A DNA stretch of 64,000 nucleotides, from positions 54,194,013 to 54,258,012 of the forward strand of contig NC_083414.1 in NCBI RefSeq assembly GCF_020745735.1. Reading direction: 5' to 3'. The position numbers and the translations under genes are program-made. Within the stretch, counting starts at the first letter, position 1. The number at the start of each line of letters is the position of its first letter. The notes beneath the pieces are model-generated. The model did not search any database and had not been told where the DNA came from. It saw only the letters and a program-made list of their open reading frames with translations. Shown here one piece after another: positions 47,351 to 61,035 of the stretch. This DNA comes from Hemiscyllium ocellatum. Lineage: Eukaryota.

Positions 47351-48677
47351 TCTTTGCTCTTTTTGTTCGTGTTTAGTTGTTCTGATATTGGGTGAAACCC
47401 ATATTAGTACAGCTGTGTTCATCAAACAAAGACTTCCGTGAGCAGCCACAAGGTAAAATTGCCATTCATGACCAGTCGCTGCAAACACATTTTGCAGCCA
47501 ATCCTGGCCAATTTACATATAGCTTACAGCAAGTTGTATATTTGGGAATGCTGCAACAATAGTGAAATTGCAAAAACATGGAATAGAGGAAGAGGTCATT
47601 TGGTTCATGTTAAGGTAGTGATAAGCTATGGACCATTGATTTTCAAAATCATTGTTTGATTTTAATTCCTGGGGCTGTAATGGATGGAAACAGTTTTAAA
47701 AACAGTCAAAATCACAGCAATCACCTCACTACACCAGCTTGCAAAGCTTTCCGAAACCAATGTGGAATGAACAAATCCAGTTTGAAAACCTTATCAAAAG
47801 TGACAGGAACTCGTGCAACCCAGTCTCCAAAATGAAAAGGCTCTCATCTTCTTTTGATTCACACTTTAACTGGAATGTTCAACTAATTTTTGGAGAGAGG
47901 AGATGGTCTTGTGACTATTGAACTGAATTTAGCTCGAGAAAGTACTTTCTCCATCTTTCAAGAACGAAGAAGTGCCCAATAACAAGACAGATTAAAAAGA
48001 AACACTAGGACATGGAGAACTCAAAAGGAAAACTGTGGTCCTCACCACTGCTGATGATTCAAGATACCACCATCACTATCCCTCAGCCTGGCTACAGTGC
48101 AGCAACTCTCAAAGGCTTCCTTGCTAACACATCGCAAACCCCACCAAACAACCATGATCACAGGTTAAAATCTTCAATTCCAAAGATACCCTGAGGCCTT
48201 TAAACTATGCTTTCCTTTTGCAATGGATACTGTTTCTATTCAACATTGGAGCTATCTATATGTACTCTTGACATTTTATCTGTTACTTTTCCCTTGGAAT
48301 TAACAGACAATAAAATAGCTGAATAGAACCTTCTCACCAGCTTTTCATTGACACAGTTGAAGTTAAACAACTGCATTTTAACTGGATAGAGGTATAGCCT
48401 CATGCTAAAAAGGATTATTTTTTTCTCTGAAGAGGTTGAAATGAGGGGAGCTGATATACCCCTCTTCACTGAGACATGTCAATGTTGGCTCTTCATGTGA
48501 GCAACTCAGTCACATCTGCCCTTGCTTTAAAGCATTTCTCCAATGGTGGTGCCCAGTATTTATCCAATACCCCAGTAGAGGCCAAAACAGGGTTTGGCAA
48601 AAGTTTGTCATGAAGCCTTGCCATTGCATAATGTATCTCTGTGTAATAATCCAATCTGATCAATTATCTTTAAAATA

Positions 48678-48808
48678 AAACAAAGAACTGCGGATGCCGA
48701 AGATCAGAAACAAAAACAGATTTGGCTAGAGAAACTCAGCAGGTCAGGCAACACCAGTGGAGAGAAAGCAGAGTTAAAGTTTCAAGTCTAGTGAACCTCG
48801 TCAGAACA
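48678..48808 (-). mobile_element. PLE 3' fragment with decayed HHR
   Basis: Reverse complement: gtt-CTGACGA-ggttcactagactt-GAAAC-ttt-aac...gttgcctgacctgctgagtttctctagc...atccgcagttctttg. Confidence 0.65.
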
Positions 48809-49934
48809 AGAACACCAAACTTTCCCTCTAAAACACATACTATCCTGGCTTGGAAACTTTTTAAAATAGTAACAGAACCAAAATTGTGGAGCCCGCCCCC
48901 CCCCCCCTAACAGTTATGTTGTTGTACCTAACTACATAAATGACAGCAGTTGAAGAAAGCAGCACACCACCACCATCTTTACAAGGACAGTGACAAGGAA
49001 CAATACAGGCTGATCTAAACAGCAATATCATATCCTGTGGAAAAAATATCAGAAAAAGTTCCTCTTTGTCACTTTTCAGCCTATCAAGTGTCTGAAGTAC
49101 CTCCTCTTTATGAAAATGTTGGTATATTTTTCTTCCTTGCTAAAGACACATACAAGTTACTTATTTAGTACCTCTGCCATGTTCTCTATCTCCGCACATG
49201 AATACTTTTTTGACCTCAAATCAACCTATCCTTTCTTTACACCCTTTACTTTGGGATTCCCTTTTATGCCAGTTGCCAATCTTATCTGAAACCTTTTCTC
49301 TGCTGGTCTTATTTCTTTTAACTTCCTTCTGAAATGTCTATACTGTGCATTGTTCATTCTACCATACACACTTTTCCTTCAGCATATATTGCTCTCCACC
49401 TCTTTTATTGCACTGGGAGCTCAAGCTTTGTTTGTTTTAACTCCACCTCTCATGGGAAACTGAACTATTATCTCTGAAAAAGAAGCCCATTGTTCACTTA
49501 CAGTTTTGCCCAACAATCTTCCCATTTCACCAAAATTCCCCACCGGGCACCACTCCCCCAACCCCCAACCTCCCAACTGATTAATTCTCCTTGAATTGCT
49601 CATTATTTTTTCCCCCACGATAGATCATCTTAACCTTATGATGCAGCATCACCATCTTCAAAACATACCCTGTCACACCTGACCCACCACATTCTCTAAA
49701 AGACACGTCCCTGAGGTGAATAGGGTCATCTGCATATGTTGTATACCATATAACACATGTATGTTGGAATATTTAGCAACCAGCTCAGCTCTTTACTGAA
49801 CGAGATGCTGTCTTATGCCACAACACATCATATATTTATATAACTCTTCAGATTATTGCAAAAATCTCTACTGCCAACATAGTTCATTTGAACAGCTATG
49901 GTGAAATGTGGTAAATGCAGGAGCATTGTGGTAA

Positions 49935-50347
49935 ATGGTGGTGTACTCAGCTCCTGAGTGTGGGGGCCAGACACTCATGGGCTCCATGCAGCGGGCCCGG
50001 CTGCATTTCCACAGCATCATCATTGGCTTTCCAGTTCCCTCCAGGCTTTTGTTTCATTTTGGCTTCCCTGGGACCTCCTCCTCCTATGGCCTCCTGCAGG
50101 AGGCTGGAGATCACCTATCTTCGACCTTGTTGCGTCCAGTGTACCGTGACTCGGAGCCAGGACCTGGTCAGCGTGGGAGGAGGTGCGGGACCTGTGCAGC
50201 ACGACCTGCTTCAGCATTAGTAACATGAACTTATTCAATATTTTACAATTTATACAGCAATTTATTCAGCAATACAAGAAAGTGGCAACATTATATACTT
50301 CTCACTGTACCTAGGCACAAGCAACAGTATTAAATAAATCTAAATCT
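49935..50347 (+). mobile_element. Short GC-rich element with a Rex1/Babar-like 3' tail
   Basis: Ends cttctcactgtacctaggcac...aaataaatctaaatct, similar to ttttcactgtactgaggtgcg...caataaatcaatc at 62785-62824. Confidence 0.45.
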
Positions 50348-50798
50348 GCTGTAGGTGCCATCCACTGATACCTTGTCAACAGAGCAGGTCTTTCAGGTTA
50401 CTTGGGATTGGAAGTGATTGACCTTGGTGAGTCCACCTTGGCCATCCCCTTCAAGGTTCTTGAAAGCAGTGCAGACAAGAGTGGGGACTGCAGGACGGTA
50501 AATAAATAGACCACGGCAACAAGATGCAGTGAGGAAATAGGAATGCAGGTACAGTAGGTGACAGGAAAATTACGAGAATAGATACTGTTCTCTGTAGTGG
50601 TGAGTAAGATTCTCAAAGGCTGTGTTCCCTGCCCAGTGCCACAGTGAAGAACATTTTCTCTGAGCTGGTGAAGAACCTGGAGGTGGAGGGCTCTTTGGGG
50701 TGGGAGGTGGTGGGATGATTGTTCACATTGGTAGGATTAAGAATGTATCCTGGCTGAAAGAATTTGAACAGTTAATGAGCTAAATTACTCAGCAGAAT

Positions 50799-51182
50799 TC
50801 AAAGTTTGTGCGAAGATTTGTGCGAAGACCAGCTATCCCTAGTAGCCACACACTCAGACAACAAGCAACATGAATTCGACTGGGAAAACACTACTACCAT
50901 AGGGCAAGCCAGACAGAGAACAGCCAGGGAATTCATAGAGGCATGGCATTCATCCACAAACTCCATCAACAAACACATCGACCTGGACCCAATATACCAA
51001 CCACTACAGCGGACAGCTGAAACTGACACCCGGAAGCGGCAAGGACAGACCACTATAAATACCGGAAGAAACATCAAAGAAGCGCTTCGCAGGAGGCTCC
51101 AGAGCACTGATGATGTCTCCTAGCCAGGGGACGAAATGTTTGCAACAAAAACTTCCAGCTCGGCGAACAGAACCACTACAAC
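50799..51182 (+). mobile_element. Poseidon-type PLE 3' fragment with short inverted tail and TSD
   Basis: Inverted tail tcaaagtttgtgcgaagatttg, GIY-YIG C-terminus (HEFDWENT..REFIEAWH..SINKH), HHR 51104-51143, TSD act(c/t)agcagaat at 50787-50798 and 51181-51192. Confidence 0.88.
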
Positions 51183-52599
51183 TTAGCAGAATCTTAAAGA
51201 TTATCATCTTGGGATGACTAACTAAATAATGGGCAAACTGACATAAGATAAATAAAGTCAAAGAGTTAAGTGCATGGTTCAAAGATTGGTGGAGCTGAAA
51301 TAGGTTTCAGTACATGGGGCACTAACACTGGTATGAAGTTAGAAAGGAGATATTCTGGTGGGGTAGGCTTCCCTTGAGCCATGCTGGGGCCAGTGTCCTG
51401 CAGAGGGGGTAATAAACTGTTGGGGTGGGGCTTAAGAAAGAGGAAACCCAAACCTTATCGTAGGCTTACAAAGTGAGAGAGTAAGGCAGCATTTCAGAAC
51501 TACTATTTCAATAGCAATATCCAGAATGGGATAGGAAAGGACATAGTATGGGGAGAGTGAAAAAATATTAAAAAACGCAAGATTAATCACACGTCAATGC
51601 ATGTTGCAGTTGGAACTAAAGTGATTAAGTAATGGCAGAAATGCAATTTAATGGGTATGATCAGCAATTGTACTGTGACATGGTTACACGGAGATCAACA
51701 CCAGAAATTAAGAGTTTCAGGGTGATAGGAGTTTTCAAAAGGACTGTCAAGAAGGAAAGGGTGGTAAGGTTACTTTGTCCGTACAGAAGAGAATGAGTTC
51801 AAGTGCAATAAATGATCTTGGATTGAAAGATGTAGAATAAATACAAGCAGAGGCATGAATATGGCAAGAGAAGGGGTAATGTATCGGCCAGCAGCTGTAT
51901 GGGAAAATAATTCAGCAATAATTAATAAGAGCATGTAAAAAGACAATACATTAAATCATGAGTGACTTGATTTTCATGTAGATTGAGAAAGTCCAACTGG
52001 AAGGGATGGCAGCGAGAAAGTATTCAAAAAATGCATTCTGGACAGTTTTCGTGAATAATCTGTTACAGATGTGAACCAGCAGACTATTTTTCATTTAGTG
52101 ATGTGTCATGAGGCTGATTTAATAAATGATCCCAGAGTTCAAAATCCACCTGAAACAATGACAATAACATGGCAAAATCCAGCATTCAGTTTGAGGGGGG
52201 AGAACCTGGGTCAGAAGCGAATGTGCTAAATTTAACCAACGTTAATTGAGGCTGAGGTTAAAGAATAAGGGCAGAGGTGGCTGCAGTGGACTGGGAAAGG
52301 AAATTAGCAGCAGAGATGGTTGAGGAACACTGGCAGATTTGAGAAAATGGTTCATGATTTACAGTAAAGATTTTTTTCCCAGTCAAAAAAGGATTCTAGG
52401 GGATAAGCAAATCATGGTTAACTAGCGATGCTAAGGTTAGCATCAAATTGAAAAGAAAACATATTCAGCAGAGATTAGTGGTACAGTGCAGGATTGGTAA
52501 ATTTTTTAATGAGCCAATAAAAAGTAACCAAAATATAATAAAGAGGGAGAAAATGGATATGAAGGGAAATTTACAAGCAATATCAAGACAGACAGCAAA

Positions 52600-55500
52600 C
52601 TAACAGGGAAAGCAGATGAACTCAGGGCATGGAACTAGGATATGAAAGCAATTACAGAAAAATGGCTCAGAGATGGACAGGACTGGCAGCTTAATGTTCC
52701 AGGTTACGAATACTACAACAAGGATAGAAAGGGAGGCAAGAGAGGAGGGGGAGTGGCATTTTTGATAATGGATAGCATTTCAGCTGTACTGAGGGAGGAT
52801 ATTCCCGGAAATACCTCCAGGGAGGTTATTTGGTTGAACTGAGAAATCAGAAAGGGATGATCACCTTATTGGGATTGTATTATAGACCCCCTAATAGTCA
52901 GAGGGAAATTGAGAAACAAATTTGTCAGGAGATCTCAGTTATCTTTAAGAATAATAGGGTGGTTATGGTAGGGGATTTTAACTTTCTAAACATAGACTGG
53001 GACTCCCATAGTGTTAAAGGTTTAGATGGAGAGGAATTTGTTAAGTGTGTACCAGAAAATCTTCTGATTCAGCATGTGGATGTACCAACAGAGAAGGTGC
53101 AAAACTTGACCTACTCTTGGGAAATAAGGCAGGGCAGGTGACTGAGGTGTCAATGGGGGAGCACTTTGGGGTCAACGACCATAATTCGATTAGCTATAAA
53201 ATAAACATGGAAAAAGATAGACCAAATCTAAACGTTGAAGTTCTAAATTGGAGGAAGGCTAATTTTGATGGCATTAGAGAAGAACTTTCAAAAGCTGATT
53301 GGGGGCAGATGTTTGCAGGTAAAGGGATGGCTGTAAAATGGGAAGCCTTCAGAAATGAGATAACGAGAGTCCAGAGACAGTATATTCCTGTCAGGGTGAA
53401 AGGAAAGGCTGGTCGGTGTAGAGAATGCTGGATGACTGAAGAAATTGAGGTTAAGAAAAAGAAAGAAGCATATGTCAGGTACAGACAAAATTGATCAAAT
53501 GAATTCTTAGAAGAGTATAAAGGCAGGAGGAGTATACTTAAGAGGGAAATCAGGAGGGAAAAAAGGGGACATGAGATAACGTTGGCAAAAAGGGTTAGGG
53601 AGAATCCAAAGGGTTTTTACAAATACATTAAGGACAAAAGAGTAACTCAAAAGAGAATAGGGCCCCTCAAAAAATCAGCAAGGCAGCCTTTGTGTGGAGC
53701 TGCAGAATATGGGAGAGATATTAAACAAGTATTTTGCATCAGTATTTACTGTGGAAATGGATATGGATAATATAGAATGTAGGGAAATAAATGGTGACAT
53801 CTTCAAAACTGTCCATATTTTTGAGCAGGAGGTGCTGGATATCTTGAAATGCATAAAAGTGGATAAACCCCCAGGACCTGATCAGGTGTGCCCGAGAACT
53901 CTGAGGGAAATTCGGGAAGTGATTGCTGGGCCTCTTGCTGAGGTATTTGTGTCATTGATAGTTACAAGTGAGGTACTGGAAGACTGGAGGTTCACTAATG
54001 TGGTGCCACTGTTTAAGAAAGGTGATAAGGACAAGTCAGGGAACTATAGACCAGTGAGCCTGATGTCGGTGGTGGGCAAGTTGTTGGAGGGAATCCTGAG
54101 GGACAGGAGGTACATGTGTTTGAGGACTAATTAGGGATAGTCAACATGGTTTTGTGCATGGGAAATCATGTCTCACTAACGTGATTGTGATTTTGAAGAA
54201 GTAACAAAGAGGATTGATGAGGGCAGAGCGGTGGACGTGATCTATATGGACTTCAGTTAGGCGTTTGACAAGGTCCCTCATGGGAGACTGGTTAGCAAGG
54301 TTAGATCTCACATAATACAAGGAGAACGAGCCATTTGGATACAAAACTGGCTCAAAGTTAGAAGACAGAGGTTGGTGATGGAAGATTGTTTTCAGACTGG
54401 AGTAGTAGTTGTGACCAGTAGAGTGCCACAAGGATCAGTGCTGGGTCCACTACTTTTCATCATAAATGATTTGGATGTGAGCATAAGAGGTATAGTTAGT
54501 AAGTTTGTAGATGACACCAAAATTGGAGATGTAGTGGACAGCGAAAAAAGTTACCTCAGATTATGACGGGATCTTGATCAGATGGGCCAATGGGCTGAGA
54601 AGTGGCAGGTGGATTTTAATTCATATAAATGAGAGGTGCTGCATTTTTTGGAAAGCAAAACTTAGCAGGAATTATACACTTAATGGTAAGGTCCTGGAGA
54701 GTGTTGCTGAACAAAGAGACCTTGGAGTGCAGGGTCATAGCTCCTTGAAAGTGGAGTCACAGGTGGATAGGATAGTGAAGGAGCTTCTATCAATCAAGCA
54801 GATGTACTGGGAGAACTAATGACCAACACAACCCTTGGACCTGATGGGATGCATCCTCGGATATTCAAAGAAGGAGCTACAGATATCATGGATGCACTCG
54901 TAATTGTTCAAGAATCCTTAGCATCAGGAAAAGTGCTGGAGGTTTGGAAAACTGTCAATATGACACCTTTATTCAAGTAGGGAAGGAGGCAAAAAACCCA
55001 GTAACTGCTTCCCAGATCAACATCTCCTAGCTTAATGTCTGTTTGCAGAAAAATGTTAGCGTAAGTTGTAAAGGATGTAACAGCAGAGCATTTAGAAATA
55101 CTTAATGTGATCAAGCACATTCACCATGGCTTCATGAAGGGGAAATCATGTCCGAAGTTATTAGAGTTCTTTGAGGAGGTAACAAGCAGAGCAGATAAAG
55201 ACCGATAAATATTTGGATGTCCAGAAGGTGTTGATTATTATATCACTACCTAATCAGGTAAAAGCCCATGATGTTAGAGGTATTATGTTTGGTATGCTTT
55301 CCTTTATTGGTCAGAGCATTGGGAGATCATGTTGTGGCTGTACAGGACATTGGTTAGGCCACTGTTGGAATATTGCATGCAATTCTGGCCTGCTTCCTAT
55401 CGGAAAGATATTGTGAAACTGGAAAGGGTTCAGGAAAGATTTACAAGGATGTTGCCAGGCTTGGAGGATTTGAACAAAAGGGAGAGGTTGAATAGTCTGG

Positions 55501-55862
55501 GGCTACTTTCCCTGGAGCGTCGGAGGCTGAGGGTTGACCTTACAGAAGATTATAAAATCGTGAGGGGCATGGATAGGATAAATCAACAAAGGTTTAGGGT
55601 TAGAGTGGAAAGATATAAAAGAGACGTAAGGGGCAATCTTTTCACGCAGAGGGTGGTGCATTTATGGAATGAGCTGCCAGAGGAAGTAGTGGAGACTAGT
55701 GCAATTGCAATATTTAATAGGCATCTGGGTATATGAATAGGAAGGGTTTGGAGGGATATGGGCTGGGTCCCGGCAGATAGGACTAGATTGGGTTGGGACA
55801 ACTGGCTGGCATGAAGAAGTTGCACCGAAGGGTCTATTTCTGTGCTGTATGTCTCTATGTCG
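52600..55862 (+). mobile_element. Nested CR1 ORF2 copy (frameshifted), itself interrupted at 54787-55289
   Basis: ITEKWL, YRPPNS, GDFN, PGPD, NYRPVSL, VPQGSVLGP, KFVDDTK, LVRPLLEYC and a ctctatg tail. The host frame NIKTDSK|SFF is split at the insertion point. Confidence 0.9.
54787..55289 (+). repeat. ~500-bp local duplication of 56199-56700
   Basis: Near-identical sequence from ctatcaatcaag to gtattatgtt, including shared decay mutations. Confidence 0.92.
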
Positions 55863-55935
55863 CTAAGAGCTTCTTTATACATATAAAATGAAAGTGAACA
55901 TAGCCCTCTCAAAGATGAAGCTGGGAAAACAGAGT

Positions 55936-56072
55936 AGAATAAAATAGAATCCCGACAGTATGGAAACAGGCCATTTGGCCTAACAGGTCCACACTGACCT
56001 TCTGCAGAGCATCCCACCCAGAATCATTCCCTACCTTAACCCTGTAACCTTGCTAACATATCGAACCTACAC
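55936..56072 (-). mobile_element. HE1-like SINE 3' fragment
   Basis: atagaatcccgacagtatggaaacaggccatttggcctaacaggtccacactgacc...accctgtaacc, homologous to 14213-14320. Confidence 0.7.
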
Positions 56073-57035
56073 AAATGGATGTGAAGGGGCAGAGAGCTCA
56101 CTAAATGCTTTGCATCAGTCTTCATGGGAGAAAGCAAATTTTTTGGCATGCAATCAATAAGTCATTAAGGGGCAAAAAGTGAAAAGGAAACAAACACACT
56201 ATCAATCAAGAAAATGTACTGGGAGAACTAATGACCAATACAACCCCTGGACCTGATGAGATGCATCGTCGGATATTCAAAGAAGGAGCTACAGAGATAA
56301 TGGATGCACTCGTAATTGTTCAAGAATCCTTAGCATCGGGAAAAGTGCTGGAGGTTTGGAAAACTGTCAATATGACACCTTTATTCAAGTAGGGAAGGAG
56401 GCAAAAAACCCAGTAACTGCTTCCCAGATCAACAACTCCTAGCTTAATATCTGTTTACAGAAAAATATTAGCATAAGTTGTAAAGGATGTAACAGCAGAG
56501 CATTTAGAAATACTTAATGTGATCAAGCACATTCACCATGGCTTCATGAAGGGGAAATCATGTCCGAAGTTATTACAGTTCTTTGAGGAGATAACAAGCA
56601 GAGCAGATAAAGACCGATAAATATTTGGATTTCCAGATATCCAAATTATGATATCACTACCTAATCAGGTAAAAGCCCATGATGTTAGAGGTATTATGTT
56701 AGCATAGAGAGAGGATCAGCTAACTAATAGAAGACAGACAGTTGGAATGAAGGTACCACTTTCAGGAAGGCAATATGTAGCAATATGTAATGTGACACAG
56801 TTTGGTGTTGGAGTCACAATTATTTACAATATATATCAATGACTTGGATGAAGGAATTCAATGTAATGCAGCCAAGTTTGAGAAGGACAAAAATTGTCTG
56901 CAGAGGGATACAGACACATTACAGAAGTCTTGGCAGGTGAAATATGTGGGAAAATGTGAGGTTATATGTTTTGGCAGGAAGAATGAAGAAGTTGAAGTTC
57001 TTTAAATAGAGAAGGACTGCAGAAAGATGGAAGTG

Positions 57036-58065
57036 ACGGCATTTGACCAAGTGCGACATCAAGGACTCCTTGCAAAACTGGAGTCCATGGGATTAAGGGG
57101 CAAACTCTCAACTAGTTTGAGTCATACCTGGCACACAGGAAGATGGTGATACTTGTTGGAGGTCATCATCTCAGCTCCAGGAAATCTCTGCAGGGATTCC
57201 TCAAGTTAGTGTCCTAGGCCCAACCACCTTCATCAATGACCTTCACTCCATCTTAGGGTCAGAAGGAGAACATTGGCAATGATTGCACAATGTTTAGCAT
57301 TATTCATGATTCCTCAGATACTGAAGCAGTCTGTGCTCAAACGCAGCAAAACCTGGACAACACCCAGGCTTTAGCTGACAAGTTGCAGTCTTGCCACACA
57401 AGTGCCAGGAAATGACTATCTCCAATAACAGATAATCCAACCACAGTCCCTTGACATTCAATGCTGTTACCATCACATAATTTGTCATTATCAACATCCT
57501 GGGGGTTACCATTGAACAGAAACTCAACTGGACTCACCATATAAATACTGTGGCTACAAGAACAGGTCAGAGGCTCGGAATACTGTGGCAAATAAGCCAT
57601 CTCCTGACTCCCCAAAGCCTATCCACAAACTGCAAGGTTCAGTCAAGAATGTGATAGAATATTGACCACTTGTCTGGATGGGTGCAGCTCCATCAACACT
57701 CAAGAAGCTTGACACTATCGGTTAAACCAGCCAACATGATTGGCACCACATCCACAAGCATCCACACCCTCCACTATCAACACTAAGTAGCAGCAGTGTA
57801 AATTTTCCACAAGAAATTCATGAAAGATCTTAAACAGCAGCTTCCAAACCAATGACCATTTTCACCTCGAAGGTCAAGGGCAGCAGATTCATGGGAACAC
57901 CACCTGCAAGCTCCCTTTCAAACCACTCACTACCCTGACTTGGAAATATATCACTGTTACTTCGGTGTTACTGGGTCAAATTCCTGGAACTTTGTCTCTC
58001 ATGGCATTATGGGTCTACTTACTGCACATGGTCTGCAGCAGTTGAGGAAGGCAGTTCATTGCCAT
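57036..58065 (+). mobile_element. CR1-group LINE RT/3' fragment nested in the old CR1
   Basis: gcatttgaccaagtgcgacatcaagg (AFD-VxHxG), gggattcctcaagttagtgtcctaggccca (GxPQxSVLGP), and a 3' region matching 40305-40980. Confidence 0.8.
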
Positions 58066-60789
58066 TAAATGGCAGAGCAGACTCAATAGCTGAATAACTT
58101 ACCTCTGCTCCTAGACATATGGTCTGATGGTCTCTCAATGGGATTGGAATATGGAATATATATCCAATAATGTAAATTAATTTTGATCATCTTGACATAA
58201 GTTGAAATCACTTCAGTCTCTTTCAAAGAATGTGTTTTTTAAAAAATTCAATTCAAGTTTCAGACTCATGATACCAAAATCAATATTTGGCATAAGCATC
58301 AGTATTTCATGACAGTGATATTGACTATTTTATTTTTTATTGGCATTGATTGAGGAGTAAATATTGAGCAAGAAGAGGTGCAAACGTCTTCAAAATATGC
58401 TGGATCCACCTGAGAGAGCAGACCTTTAAGAAATCTCCTCCATTACCTTTCACATCATATTGTGCATTCGGAAACTGTCAGTAACATTTGTGTCCATTGC
58501 AATTACTGCAACTCTTGTAGCCAAAATTCTAAACTCAATTCACTGGAAGAGGCCGGCTATAGAAGCATGAAACAAATTAGTTGCTCCTGTAGCACTGGGA
58601 GAAGTCAATCAAAGATTTCTTTCCCTCTGTATATACAGAGAAGACCAGAGTTATGAATGTACAGAACACAATTTTCTAAACAGTTACTGACAGATTTCAA
58701 AGTGATCACTTTTACACTTAAAGTATAGGAAACCTGCTCAATAAAAAAGACTGTCCTGATGAAATCTGAATGACCACCAAATCTTCTGATACTGATTTTT
58801 TTTTTGATGCACTTCCAGGAAAATGTCCACATTAACTGAAACACAAACTCTATCAAAAAGTGAAGAATGCACTGAACCTTTGTAAGCGTACCTAGAGGCC
58901 AATATATGGTGCATCAAGGAAATATCCGTGCCATTCTGAATCAAAGGAGCTAATTATACTTGGCTTATGTAAAGGATACTCCTGTATTCAGTTAATACAA
59001 CAGCATTTTTTAGGGGTAAGAGAGGGTCTTGTATCAAAGAGAACACAAAAAGTAATACAAGATTCTGAATGCAAAGATATATGCAACTAAGTGCCATGAG
59101 GGTATGCTTGATACAAATGTAAACTGAAAAGCACTTTGCAGACATTCAGCTACTTTGGAAATGTGATAGCAATATAACCATTAATGCATTACAGTTCTGA
59201 GTCTAAGTAGCTTTAATGTTCTACTATTGGAAATGACCCTTTACAAACAATTGATATTACTTTTCCATCGTGAGTAGCCTTGGATTATAGAAAGGACAAT
59301 GACATGTCAATATCATTGTTTTACAAATATTCAAACAAACACAAAAAGGAAAACAGCAATGCAGTCACAAAGCATATGTGGTCATGCAACATGATATTTA
59401 TATTTAGATAAGACTCCTGTTAATTTGAATAATTTCACTTTTCATCTTGCCTCTGGTGTAATACCAATAAGGTACATCACATGAAAACAAATTTAATAGT
59501 CTGAAAGCTTACAAGTGAAAATATCTGCTCCACATAAAACGATGTTTCAGTACCTCTGTGAACAAAGTAAATGAAACTTCTCACAGTGCTGAGAGATGAC
59601 TCCATGCACAGATAATGAGAGTTATTAAAGATAGTCTATGCTGTCATTAGAACAGATGAGTGAACATTAGTCAAAGTAAACACTGATCAAACAATTTGAA
59701 GCAAACAAAAAGCATGGCTGTCAAGTATAATTAAAATATCTCATTGATCTAAAATTCAGCCAGCAAGCTTGATCATTTTCTTTTTGTAAAACCCAGCAAA
59801 ATTGAAAAATGGAGACACTGTAATTTACATACATTTGGAAACATTACTCAGACTTCCTTGCAATTATTATCAACAAAGGACTTACAGAACCCATCAGTCA
59901 CAAATCTTGTAAACTTAAATCCTAATCGTACCTAGAAACTGCACGACTGTTAAAAGGCAACTTAAAATATCATAATTAGATATGAACCATACATACGTCC
60001 TTTCTTTGACCTAACTTAACCTCCTTCATTTATTTTCTCATGTATTCAGCTGTTTATGACCTCCACGGCAAGTGATTTAATGATCTACTGGCAATGACTG
60101 GTTACAAATAGATCATAAAGCCTGAATGGATTTTCTAAACTGTACAAACTAAAACTGGTAAATACATACTGCTTCTTGTTCGTATGCTGTTACAAATTGG
60201 CCCAAGTTTTTGTCTTCTTAAAATCATTATTTGCATGTAATGTTTTGTATTAAAGTGACAGTTGGAGAATTAAACTACTCGCTTGCAATTTTGTTTTAGC
60301 CCTGCAGCCATTCTGCTTAAACAAACATCCTTGGATGATCAAACATCAAATCCACTCACTGCATGCATTAAGAATTTTGCAAATAGTTGAATACAGTACA
60401 ATGTTCCCAAATAATTATTACCATTATGTCAAGAAGACAAATAATTGATTATACCATGACAGTTATTTAAGCTTTGAAAATTATAAGATTAACTTGATAA
60501 CAACTCAGCATGGTTTGTAAGAAAATGTGCTCAGTTTCAACTTACTGCAAGATTATTAAATGCTACGGTGGCATTATAGCATCATTAAATCTGGAGTAGC
60601 TGAATTAAGTTAAATTTTACCTTAAAACCCATAAAACAGGTCCATAATTACTAATTGGAAAACAGGTTTCCCCTCTGGCAGAATTATCGTCCAAAGAGAG
60701 AGTCAGAATTGCACAAGACCAAATACAAATATCAAATTTAATCATTAGAATATATGATCATTTTATTTGCATGGACAGAAACAAACATT

Positions 60790-61035
60790 TATTCATAGAA
60801 TAACTGAGCAGGAGTAGGCCATTTGGCCCTGTAAGCCTGTTCTACATTCAGTGTGGTCATGGCTCATCAACCAACCCAATAACCTCTCCATGTCCCCTAT
60901 CATCCCTTGAGCCTCAAGAATTATATCTGACTATTTCTCCGAAATACTCCATGTTTTGCCACGATCTGCATTCTGTGGCAAGGAAATCCACAGGTATCCC
61001 ATTCTCTGGTTGAAGAAATCTGTCCTCACCTTATC
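60790..61035 (-). mobile_element. Old CR1 3' end
   Basis: catagaa...gagcaggagtaggccatttggccc...ggaaatccacagg...ctctggttgaagaaat. Confidence 0.7.

Larger units (their letters stand above)
50400..58135 (+). mobile_element. Old full-length CR1 acting as host for multiple nested insertions
   Basis: Collinear remnants of ORF1 (gctgtgttccctgccc, gttcacattggtagg), APE (51590-52200), RT (55865-57035) and the 3' tail (58065-58135), split by a PLE, a CR1, a SINE and a LINE. Confidence 0.7.
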
